From Fimbriosthenelais zetlandica (lineage: Eukaryota), in assembly GCA_977030845.1 (NCBI GenBank), contig OZ365116.1, forward strand, positions 20,832,001 through 20,896,000: a stretch of 64,000 nucleotides of DNA, read 5' to 3'. A program made the position numbers and the translations under genes. Positions 58,501 to 64,000 of the stretch are shown here, piece after piece; the stretch's first letter is position 1; each line of letters begins with the position of its first letter. The notes beneath the pieces were generated by a model that saw nothing but the letters and a program-made list of their open reading frames with translations, made no database searches and was not told the DNA's origin.

Positions 58501-61500
58501 CGACTCCTAACCAGTTGATATGTCGTGGACATTGTTGTCACATAAAACAGGCAGGGAAGTAGGCTACCGCGTCCTTAATGTGTCCTCATCGTAAACCTCT
58601 TCCTGCATATTTACAAGAGATAATTTGGGAACTACACAAACTGTCCCCTGTCTCTAGAATCTTTGAATAAAGAAACAACAGATGTAATTTCTATGACCAA
58701 TTGCGCAAGTTCTCCCGCTAATCAATATAGCTTTTATTCGCTACAGACGCGACCCACGTGACTGGTTTTTAAAAAATGATTTGAAATTAATTATTGGATT
58801 TCGAGTAGTATCTAATGTGGAGAGCCTCGTCCACATTTTTCACTTCATGTGAAAAGGAACAACAAACCCATTGATTAGGAACGTGCAATATAAAAAAAAA
58901 GACGGTGCACCTCTCAGAAAGAATCATTGCAATTGATTCAGAAATTTGAAATGTCAACTTAGTATGATTATTATATTCATAAGTTGAATAATATTAGATT
59001 ATTTTAGAATTAATAGCAATTCACATACTGGTTTTTCGGGGTTAATATATGACAGTCAGTCGGTGGTCGCGTTCCCCGGGCGCGCCATAGATGGGCGACC
59101 CCGAAGATTGGAGCCGCAAGCCTGAGAACGAGTAGTACAGGGAAAGTGTGGAGAGGATCAGGCTGCCTCTATAGTCTGATTTATGTAGAAGGTAGAATAA
59201 TCTTCTATATAAATCAGCATGATTAGATTAAACGTTATAGAGAATAGTATGGACATTTGGACGCGATTTTCGCATGTGATATAGACCCATATATATAGAG
59301 CGAGATCGAGCGAGGCTTTATATGGGATAGAGAATATCAGCCTAACCCATTTCAGCCTGGTGCAATAAGCCTGCTGGCTATCACCTGAGGAAGACATTAA
59401 GTTTCGATCTGTGTTCTGGCCGCCTGGTGGTGCCTGGGTCAATAGAAGACGGAGGATCATGTCTGAACACCTGGCCAGCTGTGTCACAATGCCGCGCTGT
59501 GAGAGCCGCGCCCGCGGCGCCACAAATACCACGCGCCCACGTCTAAAACAAGTCCCAGGCTCTCTCAACACTGCGGAAAGAAAGGGATTTATGTTGTATG
59601 GGATCGATAAGGAAGAAAAACGAACTGAGAGAGCGGGCAGGATGGATGAGAGTTGGAGAAAAGGGGGATGAATGGTGAGTGGATGGAGAGATTATGTGAT
59701 TGGGAATTAATGGAACTGGTCGACATTGATCCTCGGCAGGAACGAGTGAATGATATTAGGGAATAAAAGGCATCTACTATAAATGGACTAAATGAATATG
59801 GGAAAAGCTAAATTATCACATTATAACGTGTATTATACATTGTATACATACATATTGTACACATCCTGTTTGAATAACATATATCATATATGAATTGTTT
59901 AAAATGCGTTTGACATGGAATGTTTTCTGAAGGCAAGCATACAGGACTGAATTGCATAAAACTGCTGAACGAATGAAGCTGTGACTAGAGCAGGCCTACT
60001 TATCAAACCCAGGGTTGTATCTATTCATTACAAGTGGCCTTATTCCGACAAAGTATTTGACATTGGTGGTTAAACCCAGCATTATTCCCCCTGCCTATTT
60101 AGCCTACACGTGTCTACAGTAGTCTACCGTTCGTGCTGCTCGTTCCGCCTCCCGCCCGCAGCCTTGAGCGGCCTGTGTTATTTGACGCGGCGCCTGTCGC
60201 GGCTTTCGCCGCCGCAGCGACGGCGATCAACCACTAGGCGACCATGCGTAGATGTTTGAGGAAGCGATGAGACGCTTCCTTTTGGTGTCGGGCTCAAGGA
60301 CCTGGAGGTCCAGATAGATGTGTTAATCTGACCAACAAACTCAGGCATGCCATCTTTGTTAAAGTTGGGAATTATTGGACTAGGTGTATGATTGGAATAG
60401 GCCCTACGCCTACTATGTCATTCTCTATTGTAGGACATAGGCCTACTATTCATTTCATTTCCGAAAGTAATCTAAAATTATATAATATACTGCATGTATA
60501 TACCAGTGGACAATAAAGAAATGATTCCTGGTGCGTAGGGCCGCCCCTTTGTTGCTCAAATAGTAATTTCATTGAGGGGGTGGGCGAGGGGCACGAAGCA
60601 GGAAGGTTTATTGAGGTGAGGGTGGTTCTGGGAGTTACCCCCAGGACGGGGTGGAGGTCTGAGGTTGGGATCAGGGTTGTCGTGGCTGATCGGACACCTA
60701 TTGTAACCACTGCACCTGTGTTATCATTTCAAGCCAGGTTTAGTTCCAGGAAGGGCCGTTTTAGCACTGTCACAACACACCACCTCATTATCCCCTCTTG
60801 TTCCCTTCACGGTGGCACACATCAAAGGGCGATTTTTTATCCTGTGTTAATATTGACTTGGTGGTGAGCTGGGCGAGGTATGTGTGGCCCATGAGGAGAC
60901 GGGCTCTCTCGCGCCCTTAGGCGGAACATTAAAAGACTTCCCAAAATTTGACATTTATGGTTTTTGGATGGAAGTCTGAGACAGAGAGAGTGAGTGAGAG
61001 AGCGGAGAGAGACGAGGGCTGATTAGGGGATCGAGGGAGGCACGGAATCTTACTGCATATACCTATTATAGGCTACGTACAATGTATATATATGTATATA
61101 TTTTCGTTATACCATGTTTAAGGTGTAGGCCTGAGCCTAAATGCCATAGTCTGATATATTTAGACAAAGCATGGGGATGAGGAATGGAATATTTTCTCCG
61201 TCTTCCTGATTTTCTAAAAGAGATATCGAGGTTTCCTTCTAAATACTTTGTCATGAATAGGTAATCCTATCATTTTGCACGAAACAATCGTCTGATGTTT
61301 TCAGTAAACACCTGAGAGTCCACAAAATTGCGGATATATTGGTTCGTCTCTATTTGATATGGAACGTTTTTATTCTTGCCAATGACGTAACTAGACATTG
61401 AGAAAGCACGTGTGAGGTCAGAGTTCACGGCTGCTTAAAATGGTGGCTACACGGGCATATTGACAGAGCGTGGCATGAACTAGCTTTACCTAAAGGAAAA

Positions 61501-63690
61501 GAGTTCAAACCATGAGGCTGCCACTGCACGTGGCTCCTACCCTTCTACCGTCGAAATACAGCCCGCCTCGAGTCCAAGCGACAACAAGGAACGTGCGCAT
61601 TCATTCTCATAATGTCCACCGTCTTTTGTTTCGAAATTCTCAAGTACTTAATCTCAGAGGAAGTGGTCTGACATTTATACTTTCCATGGGATAACATTTG
61701 TAGAGCTCAGACATGCTGAGTAGGTTTAGCAGCTTTAACAAGATTAACTTGTCTAGTGATAAGACTGATTTATTTGTTTTACAAAAGGTGAACATGCTAT
61801 GATTTAAATGTTTTACCGTTAGGTGTGGGCAATTGTTTTATTTGCCAGCCAAGGTAATTGCTAGACGACTCAATTAGGCAAGGAATATCCATACGTATAC
61901 ATGTACTTCCAGAAAGGATTTCAGTTGAAGGAAAGGTAGCTTCATTTATACCGAGACACAAATCAAATATTGAAGGGAAATATAAATTATCCTAAAACTG
62001 AGGGGAAACTTATTCATTTACAAATTTAGAAATAATTCAGTCCGATCTTCCTCAAATATCTTTTGCCATTAACTGCATGGCTCATCAAGCAGACTAATCC
62101 AATTTCAGGGAGGAAGATTTAACATTGTTTTGATTAATAAAGGAAAGCCTCTTACTGCATTGAGGGCTTCTCGGGCTCATCATGGTTATTATCACAGCTG
62201 GCTGCAGCACCATATTGAACCCGCCAAGCCGCCGGGATCTACAATGGGTATTATCATGTGATGAGAGCGGGCAAACGCCAGCCATTTACACCAGCGGACA
62301 GTGCTGCACCGCGGAATGCAGCATATCCATATATCATCTAATTTACTCCCAGAGGTGTATGTTAGCTTCTTTTCTCCATTTTTGCATGATGAGTTTACCT
62401 CCCCGAGGATAAACAGAAAGTGAGGGCTTCCGCGTCCCATACAGCCTGAGGAAACAGGAAAGACGTGAAGGTCAATGGCCCTGCATGTATTTCCTGATTT
62501 TCATGATTTGACTTTGTCTCTCACCAGACAGATGCTGTCATGGATATCTGACCAGAGAAGACCCTGATGTCTGACCTTAAACACCTTCACACATTCACAC
62601 CCCGGCCACTTATACATTTGAAATTAAATGCACAAAATTACATTCTTGCTGCTGCAGCTTTGTTCCCTTTTTCATCCGAGCCTAGGCAGGGTCACTCCGA
62701 ACATTTTTTCTTTCATTGAAAGACACTTTGTACTTTATTGAAGCACACTGGTACAAAATGACGAGTTGAGGAGTGGTTGCGCGCTTTGTCACTACTTTTA
62801 CATTAACTTTTAATATTGAGATAAAACCTGACCACCAACATCTCATCCACTGCAGCGCACCTGGCTTGATTCAGATTTCAAAGTACTCTAAATATACCTT
62901 CACCTCGTCGATACCAGAGCCTCCCAATAACCGTCATGGTTGGCTCACCCAAAAAAGAAGGCCCTATACCCCAACCAATCCACCCTGAATATACACAAGT
63001 TCCCAGAGGTTTCCTCAAATCCTGCGTCTTAATCACACATTTTGTATGCTTCCCTACATCCGATTTCCAGGCACACCTGAAACTGTTCCGCTTGAGTAAT
63101 TTTGTAAAGAGCACTTTTCTTAAGCGGTTCAAGATACTTTTATATTTTGATGGAAGTCATATTTAATGTCACGGGGTTTGTGGACCGTGTCTCCATGTCG
63201 GACCTGATGCTCGACTTTGAAGTGCTTAGGTTTTTTCTTTAAAGAATCACAAAGATTTCCCAGCCTTCATTTCACAAGAGAATGTTATCTTGCTCCAAAG
63301 GCAGCAAGAATTCACCTGGTGTATAAAGGAATAATTTCCGCGGGCCTGAATGAGATCAGAATTAGTTATGAAATGCAGAAAGTTCCTCTGTAAAGATACA
63401 ACCTAGAATCATGCATAGGCCTATATATAGGATATATCATTCCTTTTCGATAAAGTCAAATCAGATAATTAACGATTTGGTAAGCCTTGCCTTGCAATGC
63501 AAGGCCCTGACCCTGCAAGTTGCATACGTCAATTCCTTCTTTCTTTTTTAATTAAAATAAAGATCAGATAAGATTCGGACAGGAGATATCAGGCAGTACT
63601 CCTCTTAGTCTTTGAGAGGCATCACTGGGTTCTTCCTCATTTAAATGCAGCATCCCCCCGTAAAATCAGCCTGTCAATCAAAAGGGAACT

Positions 63691-63770
63691 GGGCGTGGCC
63701 TATGGATTATATCATACCCCTGGTCGGGCGTATATAAGAGTAGTGACGCATGGCCAGCTGATCACTCAGT
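63691..63770 (+). promoter_or_regulatory. TATA-containing core promoter of a gene continuing beyond the window
   Basis: GGGCGTGGC (63691-63699), TATATAAG (63731-63738), and Inr-like TCACT/TCAGT about 31-37 nt downstream. Confidence 0.45.
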
Positions 63771-64000
63771 GAGATGAGGGAGGAGGTAACGCTCATGATC
63801 GGCGGATACTCAATGCCAGGAAATATTGGCGCCTTTGGCAACTGAATCCATAGGCCGGGTTGTGTATGGGAGGATCCATTGACAGCTGTGTACAGTAATC
63901 AACATTGGAGAGTTTGGGGTGATAGCTACACCATCCCCACCCCTACCACTCATGTGAGGCAGGCATATTTAATTGTTCTATACCTGCAACGTCTGGAAAT

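Noticed and set aside
59158-63166. Short ORFs in the terminal region
   Set aside because: No coding composition, splice-consistent chains or protein motifs.
63774-63845. ATG AGG GAG (MRE...) after the TATA promoter, suggestive of a tubulin start
   Set aside because: It reads MREE, not MREI/MREC, and closes after 23 codons; the gene cannot be identified from this window.
1-64000. tRNA, rRNA and autonomous transposon ORFs
   Set aside because: No T-loop/cloverleaf, rRNA-like tract, transposase or reverse-transcriptase motif was seen by eye. A tRNAscan/Infernal/RepeatMasker run would be needed to exclude small RNAs.

Overview
Gene-dense eukaryotic (metazoan) DNA with short GT-AG introns and an AT-rich background. 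It is most likely a marine invertebrate bilaterian, judging from intron style and background enrichment of TACATGTA/TAGGCCTA palindromes (inference). Genes in order: an intronless RING-B-box-coiled-coil-NHL (TRIM-NHL) gene that appears nested in a large intron of Dopey/DOP1 (minus strand, about 2100 codons rebuilt, 3' end outside the window); TIMM13 (+); PRELID2 (-); an unknown intronless 150-aa gene (+); two giant single-coding-exon disordered proteins arranged head-to-head (1987 aa, -; 1860 aa, +); DERA (-); an acylated DUF4062-NACHT/STAND-TPR gene with one apparent 1-nt frameshift (+); a GPI-type SMPDL3-like phosphodiesterase (+); an unknown 171-aa basic ORF (-); then about 6.5 kb without a supportable gene, ending in a TATA promoter. 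The most striking object is the head-to-head giant pair. The two proteins share a GLKIxSV[F/Y]SL motif and a nearly identical C-terminal coiled coil (17/26 identical) resembling the SMCHD1-binding tail of LRIF1. They flank an NRF1-site promoter bracketed by two clusters holding 18 perfect TAGGCCTA palindromes. All exon structures were read by eye; no database search was possible, and comparisons with human proteins are from memory.
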